Shown in pieces: positions 22,401 to 31,000 of a DNA stretch of 62,501 bases. Under the pieces are notes generated by a model. It was not told where the DNA came from. It made no database searches and was given only the letters and a program-made list of their open reading frames with translations. The stretch is from Candidatus Poseidoniaceae archaeon (lineage in GTDB: Archaea; Thermoplasmatota; Poseidoniia; Poseidoniales; Poseidoniaceae). The position numbers and the translations under genes were made by a program. The first letter of the stretch is position 1; each line of letters opens with the position of its first letter. The stretch spans positions 1 to 62,501 of the forward strand of contig CASIBX010000011.1 in the NCBI GenBank assembly GCA_949373075.1. The letters are read 5' to 3'.

Positions 22401-24456
22401 TATATGTTACACTGAATCTCTCCAAGACTACAATTCCAGCCGTCTGAGAATTGATTTCAATAGGGATGTTCACATTACCTGAACCTGTATTTGGAATTAA
22501 GTCGTTGAATGATTTTACGAATGCTGAACCGCCGCGAGTAGTTGTTCCAAGGAGAACGCCTTGGCTTGTCCACTCATTGCTTCCATCTCCACCGACATCT
22601 ATTCCCACTTGCTCAGGAGCATCTGAGTGTAATGCAATATTCAAGTCATCAAGAGTAGGTGTTGCTGCACCACCTGATGCAGTATATCGAACATAGATGT
22701 AGATATATCCGCTCGTCATCGTGACTGCCTTGGAGTCACCACTAAACTGGAACACCTTGGTAGATGAATCTTGGAATTCTACTTGTAGAGAAGTACCTGC
22801 AGGTGTTGTTGCATTCCACCACGCTGTAATTGCGACTGGAGCGGTTCCGGAATAATAATTAGAACGTAACTGGAAATAACCACTGGTTTGGTAAGATGTA
22901 GAATATATCAATGACACGAAATCAAGTACTGGCGTTTCAGTTGAAGTCCCATTCAGATATGCTTTCCAAATTATGCTAGACCCTGGAGTAGCAAATGTCA
23001 ACTTCTGATTGAACAAACCACTCAGCCAAGTAGTTCCTCCATCATTGGAGACATCTAACTCGATGCTGGTATTAGCGGGAACGAATCCTACTAGCGATGA
23101 AACTGTAATTTCAGTAATCTGCTTGGATAGAGTGGTTGTAGTACTCGTGACAATTGAAGAAGTTGAAGTTGGCGTCCTATAATCGAATATAGCCCCTGTG
23201 CCTTCTCTTTGTATCTTGTTTAGATAGGTAGAAGAACAATAATTGTAATAATGACATTGGAATCCAAATGTGTTGTCCCCCAATTGGTCCATACCGTAGT
23301 GGCCTCCGCCATTTATCTGAACTTTACCGGTTCTTTCAACAAACAAATTGTTCATTGTAAAGTGATTGTGATAGCCTCTTGAACTGTAATACTCATTGGA
23401 CACAATCTTTGGAAGGTCTACCATTAAGCCGCTTCCTTGGGTACTTGAATCTCCCAATTGCTCCTTAGAACCAAGCAGCCAACTTCCGTTGATCGATGAA
23501 GGATTGGAAGGATTAACTTCGTACAAGTATCTGTTGTAGTTAGGAAATACAGACTCATACATCAGAAGGAACATACGCCCTGTGTCCTCATCGATATCTA
23601 CCCCTACTGGGTAGTTACTTCCAGAGTAAGAGTATGTGTTTTGACAGGTCCAAGTATTGAGTTTGTTTCCGTTACCATCCCATGTTGAAGATACTGACCA
23701 TTTGACTAGGATTCGATAACTGTAAGATACTGACCAGACATTTCCTGCACCATCGCTAGTAGCATCATAGGCAGTGTATAGTGGCGTAGAGTATGAGCAG
23801 GTTCCTGTACTAATACTGGAAGTGCCAGCATAACTTCCTGTACTCATATTGTATCTCTTGATAGTAGGAGTGGTGTAAACTGAAGTGCTTGTGTATGTCG
23901 CACTATGGTACTCATCATCGTGAACAATTACAAATCCTCTGTAGTTCGATGTAGAAGTAGTCAGTGACTCTGGATTTAACTTACTGGTCCCACCGATGAA
24001 TCCTTGGTCTCCATTTGCAGCGAATCCTCCCGTGTTGTTGACTGTGCCAGTAGATGTTGCTTCAGTCGAACGGTCCATTCCATTCAGATTAGTTGTTGGA
24101 TTACCTACGAGTTCGACTTGCCCATTACTGACATCAAGGTTGCTTCTACTTCCGTAAGCAAACCCAGGAGGGACTCCTGACCAAGTACCACTCCCGGCTC
24201 CGCCAAAATCAGTGTTGCTGGTTAAATTGCCCCAAGTAGTTGAAGATGGCTCTCCTGCTATGTCGAAAGATGCCGAAGTAACTTCAGCTCCATAAGGGAA
24301 TGTCAGATTTCCAGCAAAGCCATTTCCTATACCCGAGAATGTATGTGTATAGGAGGTTGAACCATCTTGGAATTGGGTCTCAGTGACGCCTGCTAAAGCG
24401 ATCGGAGACATTATGGAAACTAAGAATAATGCTGATAAAAATATGGATTTTTGCAT
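19429..24456 (-). CDS. Very large secreted, membrane-anchored protein with Ig-like/CARDB domain and acidic cytoplasmic tail
   Basis: Signal peptide MQKSIFLSALFLVS... after an AGGTGA RBS; S/T/G/Y-rich beta regions; CARDB-like ITADVQNVG...VDPDDVIVEVNDDDNTA; one C-terminal TM then a D/E/Y tail. Confidence 0.85.
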   Translation of the reverse strand: MQKSIFLSALFLVSIMSPIALAGVTETQFQDGSTSYTHTFSGIGNGFAGNLTFPYGAEVTSASFDIAGEPSSTTWGNLTSNTDFGGAGSGTWSGVPPGFAYGSRSNLDVSNGQVELVGNPTTNLNGMDRSTEATSTGTVNNTGGFAANGDQGFIGGTSKLNPESLTTSTSNYRGFVIVHDDEYHSATYTSTSVYTTPTIKRYNMSTGSYAGTSSISTGTCSYSTPLYTAYDATSDGAGNVWSVSYSYRILVKWSVSSTWDGNGNKLNTWTCQNTYSYSGSNYPVGVDIDEDTGRMFLLMYESVFPNYNRYLYEVNPSNPSSINGSWLLGSKEQLGDSSTQGSGLMVDLPKIVSNEYYSSRGYHNHFTMNNLFVERTGKVQINGGGHYGMDQLGDNTFGFQCHYYNYCSSTYLNKIQREGTGAIFDYRTPTSTSSIVTSTTTTLSKQITEITVSSLVGFVPANTSIELDVSNDGGTTWLSGLFNQKLTFATPGSSIIWKAYLNGTSTETPVLDFVSLIYSTSYQTSGYFQLRSNYYSGTAPVAITAWWNATTPAGTSLQVEFQDSSTKVFQFSGDSKAVTMTSGYIYIYVRYTASGGAATPTLDDLNIALHSDAPEQVGIDVGGDGSNEWTSQGVLLGTTTRGGSAFVKSFNDLIPNTGSGNVNIPIEINSQTAGIVVLERFSVTYTINTVNLDISIPEGEILHERNEPYEVVTRHIVGDGANNYIQSATLGFMASPSSSAPTLEWQDGDIFPSPNDPDDWVDIDSSSWSSLNNGILEIHWLFHVTSNFPDQENVRFTTNCLDTSGTNGYQPVPLSSTEGLRVNNSFGLGWLNIRDNDGEVTSNDVEDGSWVAAGETLHFQGAMWFADSNDAPKDSAFDVRIAQNGFVHADWRDTSNMNGTFFISIIMPEIDVESGLAYEIQTYNERDASMVMASNSDWFRTYKVDATSPEVLATTPLNDAYEAADDSQKVSVTVADAVGDPTQLSLYYWVEADHDLNRNGEADPSEYATKVVVNESEADLKTFSTSIDHSRNPNMGRVSYYWDGGDRAGNPLHHTTIVDDESYSWETGPGFDKDDATFRSRKDSSAIFTGLEWFGHNDGAPIFAGTEQTISLGLIDANTAIDFEYIDLVFDFEGPDSEVDQQRISYYGITDTFASHSDFINLASTSAMVQTTNESGMPWILLDYQFTIGWDWPDEDISDISLEYKERGYEFPTRHIIAEHTFIVENDLVLEPSSFLVEDISEPRTGIVADGSRVRNDDRLEFTGRVVYEGSNVPAPRNAAIVIEVFDGESIWSDGSLEDDGGYSVEVPLSHAETLKSSPTRTCLISIGGIPGEGEDMTGQTVSTTLRVIVDDTAPRVVSRTSPINIIDISSTTDLTKVPVEFHGTEDADMTGSKQIVHWVMRDYSRTLTMGAGQSTLGMQQNGQQVIWTGTVDLTDEGRVTMREGDWVGFYLTGYDSAGNEFPVVSNSEASPIAEIASDDTDFERQWVRLGAIGPQLKIASISLSDDHVAPGQEIKITADVQNVGGETSSQFKVSFYAGDSLVPFDSTTLNKIGAGELIPVTATWNAEEGVDRIRVQVDPDDVIVEVNDDDNTAEHKVEIVYVSYMGWFDSVREQPLIWLFSMLSIIVLVGIGITANRTAITHSDDSLYDEDWEDQSEDDDDEDYEDDDDYDDDY

Positions 24457-24478
24457 TGACTTTTCACCTATTACCACT

Positions 24479-24495
24479 GTGGGCCTTCGGCCCAC
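24479..24495. promoter_or_regulatory. GC-rich palindrome with 3-nt spacer upstream of the giant CARDB gene
   Basis: GTGGGCC-TTC-GGCCCAC, perfect 7-bp arms (C-GAA-G on the minus strand). Confidence 0.55.
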
Positions 24496-24593
24496 GCGTG
24501 TTCTTCACATTTGAACAATACTCCGTCATGTCATTTTAGCAAAATAGCGAAAATCGATTAATGGGGGCGGTATTCGCAAAGCAGGTGCGAGAC

Positions 24594-24965
24594 ATGGGCT
24601 GGTGGGAAAATCAACACGGGAATCAATTAAGAATTGCAGGAACTGCGACATTTGCTTCATCACTACTTACGGTAATGTCTGCAGCGCAGTTGATGTTTCT
24701 TCAAGATAATGCTGATTTTCAAGAATACACCGGAGCATCAATTGTATTGATTGTTATTGGAGTGATTGGTCTTGCAGTTTCTGCTCCAGCATTCATTAAT
24801 CTCAATACCCGTGCTAAAGCTCTTCAAGCAATAATGTCAACAAAATCAACATCCGAACTCCGTAAGCTCAAAGGCGACGGAGATGAAGCCGCCCGAATAC
24901 TAGGTGGAGGCCACCAAGATTCATGGAATTCTTTCCTTCAAGAGAAGGGATTGAAGAAGCGTTGA
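24594..24965 (+). CDS. Small two-TM membrane protein (DUF3198-like)
   Basis: Two hydrophobic helices and a basic C-terminal domain; ATG 24594 follows AGGTG. The DUF assignment is from recall only. Confidence 0.65.
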   Translation: MGWWENQHGNQLRIAGTATFASSLLTVMSAAQLMFLQDNADFQEYTGASIVLIVIGVIGLAVSAPAFINLNTRAKALQAIMSTKSTSELRKLKGDGDEAARILGGGHQDSWNSFLQEKGLKKR

Positions 24966-24981
24966 CTACTGGGTTGTAAAG

Positions 24982-25944
24982 ATGGAAGATTCAGATCCGA
25001 TGCGTACACTTGTTCGCGAGATTTTTCTCGCAGCAGGGATGATCGCCCTACTCGTTCTTGCAATGTGGGCACACACTGGATCTATGCCTCCACTAGTAGT
25101 GGTTGAATCTAATTCAATGCAGCACGATTCTAGTGGTGAAGTAGGTACAATTGATGCTGGAGATTTGGTTCTAGTTCATTCACCAGACCAAAATAAAATT
25201 ATTACATTCGCAGAAGCAACATATCCTAACTCAGAGAATTTTGGTTACGAGTCTTTGGGAATGGAAGGCGATGTGATAATCTATGAAAGAAATGGAGAAA
25301 GTGATAGCACACCGATTATCCATAGAGCGCTATTCAAAATCAATACAGAACAAACAACTCAGATGAATGAAGAAGGTAAATGCCCCGAAGGAGTTCCTTG
25401 GAATGAGATATGTGTCATCACATGGACTGTGCCAGGCACTAAACAAGTGGATGTTGAATCACTAAATTTAGTGTTTGATGGAGATGGTGTTGGGGCGTAC
25501 TCTTGTGGCGGAATTGCCGCTCAGCATGGTTCAGAATGGTTTGGTGTCGAAAATTATACACCACCTAATCCGGGATACATCACTCTAGGGGACAACAATG
25601 ATTGTAATGATGACCAAGGTGTTTTTGAATTTGCAAAAGGGCTTTCTTCGATGCACAGCGGAATGATTAGGCCTATTCAGGAAAATTGGGTAATCGGAAT
25701 ATCTGGTGCTGAAATACCTTGGCTAGGAACTGTAAAATTGATGGTTAGTGGAGGCGACTCTCCCGGAATTAGTCAAGTTCCTGGTCCATCATTCGTATTT
25801 CTAATACTATTTGTTGGAGCGATACTTGCTACGCCGATAGTTGTTGAACCAATAATCAATAGGATATTGCGTAACTCGCCAGAAATGATTGCAGCCGAAC
25901 GCGAAAAAGCGATTTCATTGATTCATTCGTCAGAAGAAGAATGA
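24982..25944 (+). CDS. Signal peptidase I (S26, archaeal Sec11-like)
   Basis: VVVESNSMQH (catalytic Ser), GDLV, GDVIIY, PIIHRA (His), TLGDNN, IPWLG; N- and C-terminal TMs. Confidence 0.88.
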   Translation: MEDSDPMRTLVREIFLAAGMIALLVLAMWAHTGSMPPLVVVESNSMQHDSSGEVGTIDAGDLVLVHSPDQNKIITFAEATYPNSENFGYESLGMEGDVIIYERNGESDSTPIIHRALFKINTEQTTQMNEEGKCPEGVPWNEICVITWTVPGTKQVDVESLNLVFDGDGVGAYSCGGIAAQHGSEWFGVENYTPPNPGYITLGDNNDCNDDQGVFEFAKGLSSMHSGMIRPIQENWVIGISGAEIPWLGTVKLMVSGGDSPGISQVPGPSFVFLILFVGAILATPIVVEPIINRILRNSPEMIAAEREKAISLIHSSEEE

Positions 25945-26469
25945 TTAATTTTTCTTACCAGATAATCTATCGTCTGCACTTACTAAACGATTCTCAGTAG
26001 TGTTAATTTCATCCTTGATTGAAGTTAGGTCTGCTTGGTCAAGCATTCTTGAAATCATATCTCTGCGTCTTTTCAAATCCGAAATCCTTCTCCCTCTACC
26101 GCGAAGTTTGCTAGAGTCACCACGCATATCCATTAGCCATTCTTCTAACAAAGAGCCTGCCCATTTTTCTGATCGGACACGAGCAGCTAACATAATCTCA
26201 TTAGAACGGTGTCTAAATCTCACTGCACCGTCAGGCATTCTACGAGTTTGAATGGAACCAGGTTTCCAATTTGAAAGATTGACTACTAGTGAAGACTCTT
26301 CGACTATCACACCATCTTCCCAAGATAAATCTGAAACTACAACTTTGTCAGAAAGACGGAATAAAATTTGTACGATTTCATCTTCCTCTAACCAGATTGA
26401 AATGTCTACTGCATCTTCTCCAAACGCCTGTTCGATCCAAGAACGGACCTCGCGATTGGTTGCGTCCAT
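25945..26469 (-). CDS. Hypothetical protein with C-terminal coiled coil
   Basis: Long ORF filling the gap; start trimmed to ATG 26469 (MDATNREV) to avoid overlap with the M50 gene. Confidence 0.65.
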   Translation of the reverse strand: MDATNREVRSWIEQAFGEDAVDISIWLEEDEIVQILFRLSDKVVVSDLSWEDGVIVEESSLVVNLSNWKPGSIQTRRMPDGAVRFRHRSNEIMLAARVRSEKWAGSLLEEWLMDMRGDSSKLRGRGRRISDLKRRRDMISRMLDQADLTSIKDEINTTENRLVSADDRLSGKKN

Positions 26470-26542
26470 ACCAATGCCAAGCAGAGGTCCTTCAAGAACT
26501 ACACTACAGGAGGTTGAAGTGTAATCGTGTCTCCGCCAATTC

Positions 26543-28006
26543 ATGGGGAGCGGTTTTCTTGCAATTGAAGCCGATTGGACGCTCTTTTTTGTGGCAATAA
26601 TTTCGTGGTTTTTTGTCCTAAAATACTGGGAGAAAAGCGGGAAGTTGGATGAATGGAATGCTTCTAGAGTTTTATTTGGACTAGTGTTGATGTTAAGGAC
26701 ATCAAAAGGGCAAAAGACATTAGAAAAAATATCCAAACCTAAGCGCTTTTGGCGGGCTTATGGCGAAGTTTCGCTATGGGTATGCTGGGTTGCTATGTTC
26801 ATTGTAACTGCATTTATCCTGATTGCTATTTTCTCAGCGATAATAATGGGTAACCAAGCGGAAGCAAGACCAATTTCAGAATTGGTTGCAATTCCAGGTA
26901 TTAGCCCAATAATTCCATTGGGGTGGGGAGTTTTTGCTTTCGTAATTTGCTTAGTAATTCATGAGTATGGACATGGGATACAAGCAAGAGCACACGGCAT
27001 GCGCGTTCGCAGCTTCGGGTTATTGATGGCAGGTCCACTTCCATTAGGAGCATTTGCTGAGCCTGAATATTCAGAAATTAGTTCTTCACCACGCAGAGAA
27101 AGGCAAAGAATGTTCGCAGCAGGTCCAGCGACTAACATCTTTGCTGCATTTATTTTGATAGTGATTTTGGGCCAAGTCGCTGGCCAATTTACGACTGCAG
27201 ACCCCGGTGTGCACTCTAGTCAGATCATACTAGACTCAGGTGCAGATGAAGCAGGTTTGGAGCCTTGGGATGTAATTGTAGCAATAAATGGAACTGAAAT
27301 TGTTGATACGGATGATTTTATTGACGTCATGGATGGGCTTTCAGCAGGGCAAAACGTTTCGATAGATGTAATACGGTATGAAGATGGTACTTCTGAAACT
27401 ATTAATGTAAATCTTACAGACAAATACGCCTACTATATCGAATTGGGAATGGATGCTGAAACTTTAGATTCTATGGGAGTCGAAGAGGGAGATGCGTTTC
27501 TTGGAGTCCAGAACCTTGCAGGAGGTACTGCAGGTGTTGACCGCTTAGCAGGATGGGCACATCCTGATTTTGAAACGAGCGCTCTTGGTTATGCCATAAG
27601 TGTTCCAATGGATACGTTGAATCTTCTAATAACTCCATTCGAGAACCAAGGTGTTGCAATACATCCATCGCAAGAGAATATGCTTGATGCGGGAGATGGG
27701 TGGCTGTCTTCACTAGTAGGGTTAAGCGGACTCCTATTCTTGGTAAACCTATTATTTTGGTTGATATGGGTAAATATCCTTCTTGGATTTACTAATTTGT
27801 TTCCAATGATTCCATTCGATGGTGGACATCTTTTCAAAGATATAGTTCACGGAATAATGTCTGGTATACGAAATGTCGGACAGAAGACTGGGTTATACAA
27901 ATTGCATCCTCTTTGGGTCGAGCATACAACCCGTAAAGCTTCATCAATATCATCGGTATTACTGCTACTGGTAATGGGTTTCATTATAATTGGACCATAT
28001 CTGTGA
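26543..28006 (+). CDS. Site-2 protease (M50) with PDZ domain
   Basis: HEYGH, GAFAEP, AAGPATN, PDZ-like GADEAGLEPWDVIVAING, NLFPMIPFDGGH. Confidence 0.93.
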   Translation: MGSGFLAIEADWTLFFVAIISWFFVLKYWEKSGKLDEWNASRVLFGLVLMLRTSKGQKTLEKISKPKRFWRAYGEVSLWVCWVAMFIVTAFILIAIFSAIIMGNQAEARPISELVAIPGISPIIPLGWGVFAFVICLVIHEYGHGIQARAHGMRVRSFGLLMAGPLPLGAFAEPEYSEISSSPRRERQRMFAAGPATNIFAAFILIVILGQVAGQFTTADPGVHSSQIILDSGADEAGLEPWDVIVAINGTEIVDTDDFIDVMDGLSAGQNVSIDVIRYEDGTSETINVNLTDKYAYYIELGMDAETLDSMGVEEGDAFLGVQNLAGGTAGVDRLAGWAHPDFETSALGYAISVPMDTLNLLITPFENQGVAIHPSQENMLDAGDGWLSSLVGLSGLLFLVNLLFWLIWVNILLGFTNLFPMIPFDGGHLFKDIVHGIMSGIRNVGQKTGLYKLHPLWVEHTTRKASSISSVLLLLVMGFIIIGPYL

Positions 28007-28610
28007 TACGCATTTGTGAAGATTCATTTCCATCATCCTCTTTGCTTAAGTCGATATTTTTTATTCGATTGTCAAGAGCATCTAATGTTGAACTTGTAGA
28101 CTTTCTACAGACTAATGCCAAAAAGAGATGCAATGGCATACCTTGCTCCCAATCAAGGAATTCCTTACCGTTACGTGTAAGCGGAAGTGCGGGGATCCTC
28201 CTTGTTAACATTCCCAAACGGCCACTTAGTCGGCCCACTTCAACACGGAATATTCGCCAGGAGTCACCTCTGACCCCTTTCAATCTGTAAGCGTAAAGAG
28301 GCATTAAGTCACATCTTTTTCCTTCGTAAATCATTGATTGGTACTGGTCCCATGTTCGCCCAGATAGATACAGTTTGGGTTTTTTGGAAGATTTAACCTC
28401 AATCGGGAAACATAAATCTCCTCTGAGTGCTAACAAATCTCCGCTTCCTTCCATTCCAGAACCAGCCGCCCTAACTACCAAAAATGGCCGTTCTAGAACT
28501 TGCCTTGCTCTTGCTTTTGCTATCGGGTCACAAGATCTTGTTACCGCGTCGATACCTTTCGGAATACCTGCGAGAACTGCTCTGAGTTCTCTTTCATATT
28601 GGCTGGACAC
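27984..28610 (-). CDS. hjc: Archaeal Holliday junction resolvase
   Basis: YERELR, VVRAAGSG, GDLLAL, IEVKSS (PD-D/ExK motifs of Hjc). Confidence 0.87.
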   Translation of the reverse strand: MSSQYERELRAVLAGIPKGIDAVTRSCDPIAKARARQVLERPFLVVRAAGSGMEGSGDLLALRGDLCFPIEVKSSKKPKLYLSGRTWDQYQSMIYEGKRCDLMPLYAYRLKGVRGDSWRIFRVEVGRLSGRLGMLTRRIPALPLTRNGKEFLDWEQGMPLHLFLALVCRKSTSSTLDALDNRIKNIDLSKEDDGNESSQMRITDMVQL

Positions 28611-28692
28611 AATAATGAATCGTTGTCAAATGCTTTTGATGATATCGATGTTTACGCGTCACATTGAAGCGTGATTAGCACTAGGACGGTAT

Positions 28693-29409
28693 GTGCGCCG
28701 AATAGCCGTAAGGACTGCGGATTTCCGCCTTTCTTTTCATTTAATGCGCGAATTAAAACGACGTGAATGTAATTTTCTCATGCTCTCCCCCGGTGATAGT
28801 TGGGACGGAATCCTACTGACCTCGCCTGAAGAAGTTAAGGACGGCGAAATACCAGTAGTGGAAGAAAATATTGAGATTGCTGTTGAAAGAGCGATTCAAT
28901 CATCACGGGGTCTAGAGAGTACTGTTCAACTTGTATTCGGAATAGACCCTGGTCCGCGGCCAGGTTTGGCATGGTTAGCCGACGGATTGGTAGTAGGTAG
29001 CGCTCAATTGGAAAAGATTGAGAGTTTGACAAAGCATATCACAGCATTATCCACTGCAGTAATTCACAAAAGAATGTGTGTCAAAATTGGCGATGGAGCA
29101 CCTCTGATTAGAGACCGTATAATCAATCAACTAATTCTGCATGGAATTGAAACATTAGAGGTTAGCGAACATCGGACGAGTCAAGGTTCCCGTTCAAAGG
29201 CTCATCTTCATGCTGCAACTCGGATTGCATTGATGAGTGGAACTCGAGTTTACCAGACGCGTGAACTCGTTCCTACCGATGGAGACTTGCGAGAAATTCA
29301 AAGACAATCAAGAATACATAGTTCTGGATATCTAACGATTTCAACTGAATTAGCAAAATTAGTTGCTCGTGGTGAAATCTCTATGGATGAAGCGATCAAG
29401 AGAGCCTGA
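28693..29409 (+). CDS. Conserved hypothetical protein with RNase H-like (YqgF/RuvC-type) domain
   Basis: VFGIDPGPRPGLA strand-Asp motif, IGDG, VSEHRTS, HAATRIA. Confidence 0.6.
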   Translation: MRRIAVRTADFRLSFHLMRELKRRECNFLMLSPGDSWDGILLTSPEEVKDGEIPVVEENIEIAVERAIQSSRGLESTVQLVFGIDPGPRPGLAWLADGLVVGSAQLEKIESLTKHITALSTAVIHKRMCVKIGDGAPLIRDRIINQLILHGIETLEVSEHRTSQGSRSKAHLHAATRIALMSGTRVYQTRELVPTDGDLREIQRQSRIHSSGYLTISTELAKLVARGEISMDEAIKRA

Positions 29410-30244
29410 CACGATATTTTTCTCTACCCTTAGAGTATAACGTGATGACTCCACTAGATGAAACACAAATTGCAATTCCTTCTGCTAATTGACTGATGGC
29501 TCGAGCAGCAAGATGCCTTCCGCCTTCACCTGGTTTTGGACTTATACCGGAAGGGACCTGAACATAGCGCCCTGCATCACTTGCAATGCCTTTGGAGTTG
29601 AATAAAATCGCACCATCTAACCAAGCGAATTCTGCTAGAGTTTCATGGTTATTAGAATCTACAACACTCTTTTTATTATCCGAATGACCCTTGAATGGGT
29701 TCAAGACTAAAGCAGTGGTATATCTCCTTAATTTCGGAACTGAACCGATTGCGAATAATGCACCCACTGCATGTCCTTCTCGACCTCTGCTTCCAATATG
29801 ACGTGCCAGTTCCATCAATCTAGCTAAGATTTCAATATCAATATCGTGTTCTTTGGACATTGTTACTAAACGGTTGGATGTAAGATTACTTGCTTCGATG
29901 ACGATTAATCCATTCATTGGTTCACCAAGAATTGCTAGTATCTTATCGGTCGATTTGAACCGACCTTCTCCCAATCCCTGAAGAATAATATCGTGGAGAT
30001 TATTCAAAACAGATAGCCCTTGGGCGGATAAAGACTCTTCTAAAACCTCAACATCAATATTTGTATCTTTGAGGTTCTCAGATACTTTGTTTGATGATGT
30101 GAGTGTTACCAAACGCATTTTAGGCGGCAGTACATCTCTAATTTTCATTATCATTCGAGAATTATTGGATAATAATACTGCAGTAGTAAATCCACTACGC
30201 TCGTTTTCAATAGCCGAGGCCACCAAATTTGGCAGATCGACCAT
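29396..30244 (-). CDS. dacZ: Diadenylate cyclase, DacZ type
   Basis: C-terminal DAC domain: GREGHAVGALF, LNPFKGH, EFAWLDGAI, GGRHLAARAIS, VSSSG; N-terminal alpha/beta domain as in euryarchaeal DacZ; GAGGTGA RBS. Confidence 0.85.
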   Translation of the reverse strand: MVDLPNLVASAIENERSGFTTAVLLSNNSRMIMKIRDVLPPKMRLVTLTSSNKVSENLKDTNIDVEVLEESLSAQGLSVLNNLHDIILQGLGEGRFKSTDKILAILGEPMNGLIVIEASNLTSNRLVTMSKEHDIDIEILARLMELARHIGSRGREGHAVGALFAIGSVPKLRRYTTALVLNPFKGHSDNKKSVVDSNNHETLAEFAWLDGAILFNSKGIASDAGRYVQVPSGISPKPGEGGRHLAARAISQLAEGIAICVSSSGVITLYSKGREKYRVRLS

Positions 30245-30254
30245 CTATTTCACC

Positions 30255-30866
30255 TCAATCCATTGTGATGTCGACGCCGGGGAGTTGGTCTTCAGACTCA
30301 CGGTATACAGTTCGCATGTTGTTGATGAAATTTCTTTGTTTGACAACAATATTGTACTCCCTGATTCCAAAGTCTTCTTCACCATCTAGTATTCCCAATA
30401 AGCATTCAAGGGTTAATCTTGCACCTTCACGATGAGGATATGCAAAAACTCCCATTGAAAGAGGAGGTGCAGCTATAGTCTTCACGCCTTTCATTTCTTT
30501 AATTGTAGCAAACAGGTTGTCATATGCCTCTGGAAGTAGTTGTCTGCGTGCTTCATCTTGATTTGGCCTACGGCAATCAGGGCTCACTACATGGATGATA
30601 TGTTTGAATTTCTTATCCAGATTATATGGCTTAGAAACTACGTTATTTGTGACTGGACACGGAGGGAGATTTGACTTTCTCTGTTCGACACTTACTTCAC
30701 GACAAAACGCTCGTAGTTCTTCGCCGGCAGCATTGTGTATTTGAGCGTCGATTCCTTCACGCCCAGAGAGTCGATTATTGGCAGGTGTGATGACTATATC
30801 TGCCTCTTGTAAATGTAGGTCCCCACCTATCACACGGAGTACTCCCCAGCGACAGGTTCGCGCCAT
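30255..30866 (-). CDS. Macrodomain (ADP-ribose-binding/hydrolase) protein
   Basis: GDL...ADIVITPANNRLSGREGIDAQIHNAAGEEL, HIIHVVSP, IAAPPLSMGVFAYP; start ATG 30866 or 30881. Confidence 0.85.
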   Translation of the reverse strand: MARTCRWGVLRVIGGDLHLQEADIVITPANNRLSGREGIDAQIHNAAGEELRAFCREVSVEQRKSNLPPCPVTNNVVSKPYNLDKKFKHIIHVVSPDCRRPNQDEARRQLLPEAYDNLFATIKEMKGVKTIAAPPLSMGVFAYPHREGARLTLECLLGILDGEEDFGIREYNIVVKQRNFINNMRTVYRESEDQLPGVDITMD

Positions 30867-31000
30867 GTACAATTGGACCATGCATTGAGAGGGGGGGGCC
30901 GACCTTCATATACACATTGACGAAAACGGCATAAAAAACCGAATTTGGGTTTATACATTCTATCGAAGTGACTTTGTGTAATCATCGCGCGGAGCGACTC

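Noticed and set aside
29396-30881. Macrodomain plus nucleotide cyclase as an antiviral (Thoeris/CBASS-like) system
   Set aside because: No TIR, SIR2, CD-NTase or effector gene; the cyclase is DacZ-type within housekeeping context. Kept only as a signalling hypothesis.
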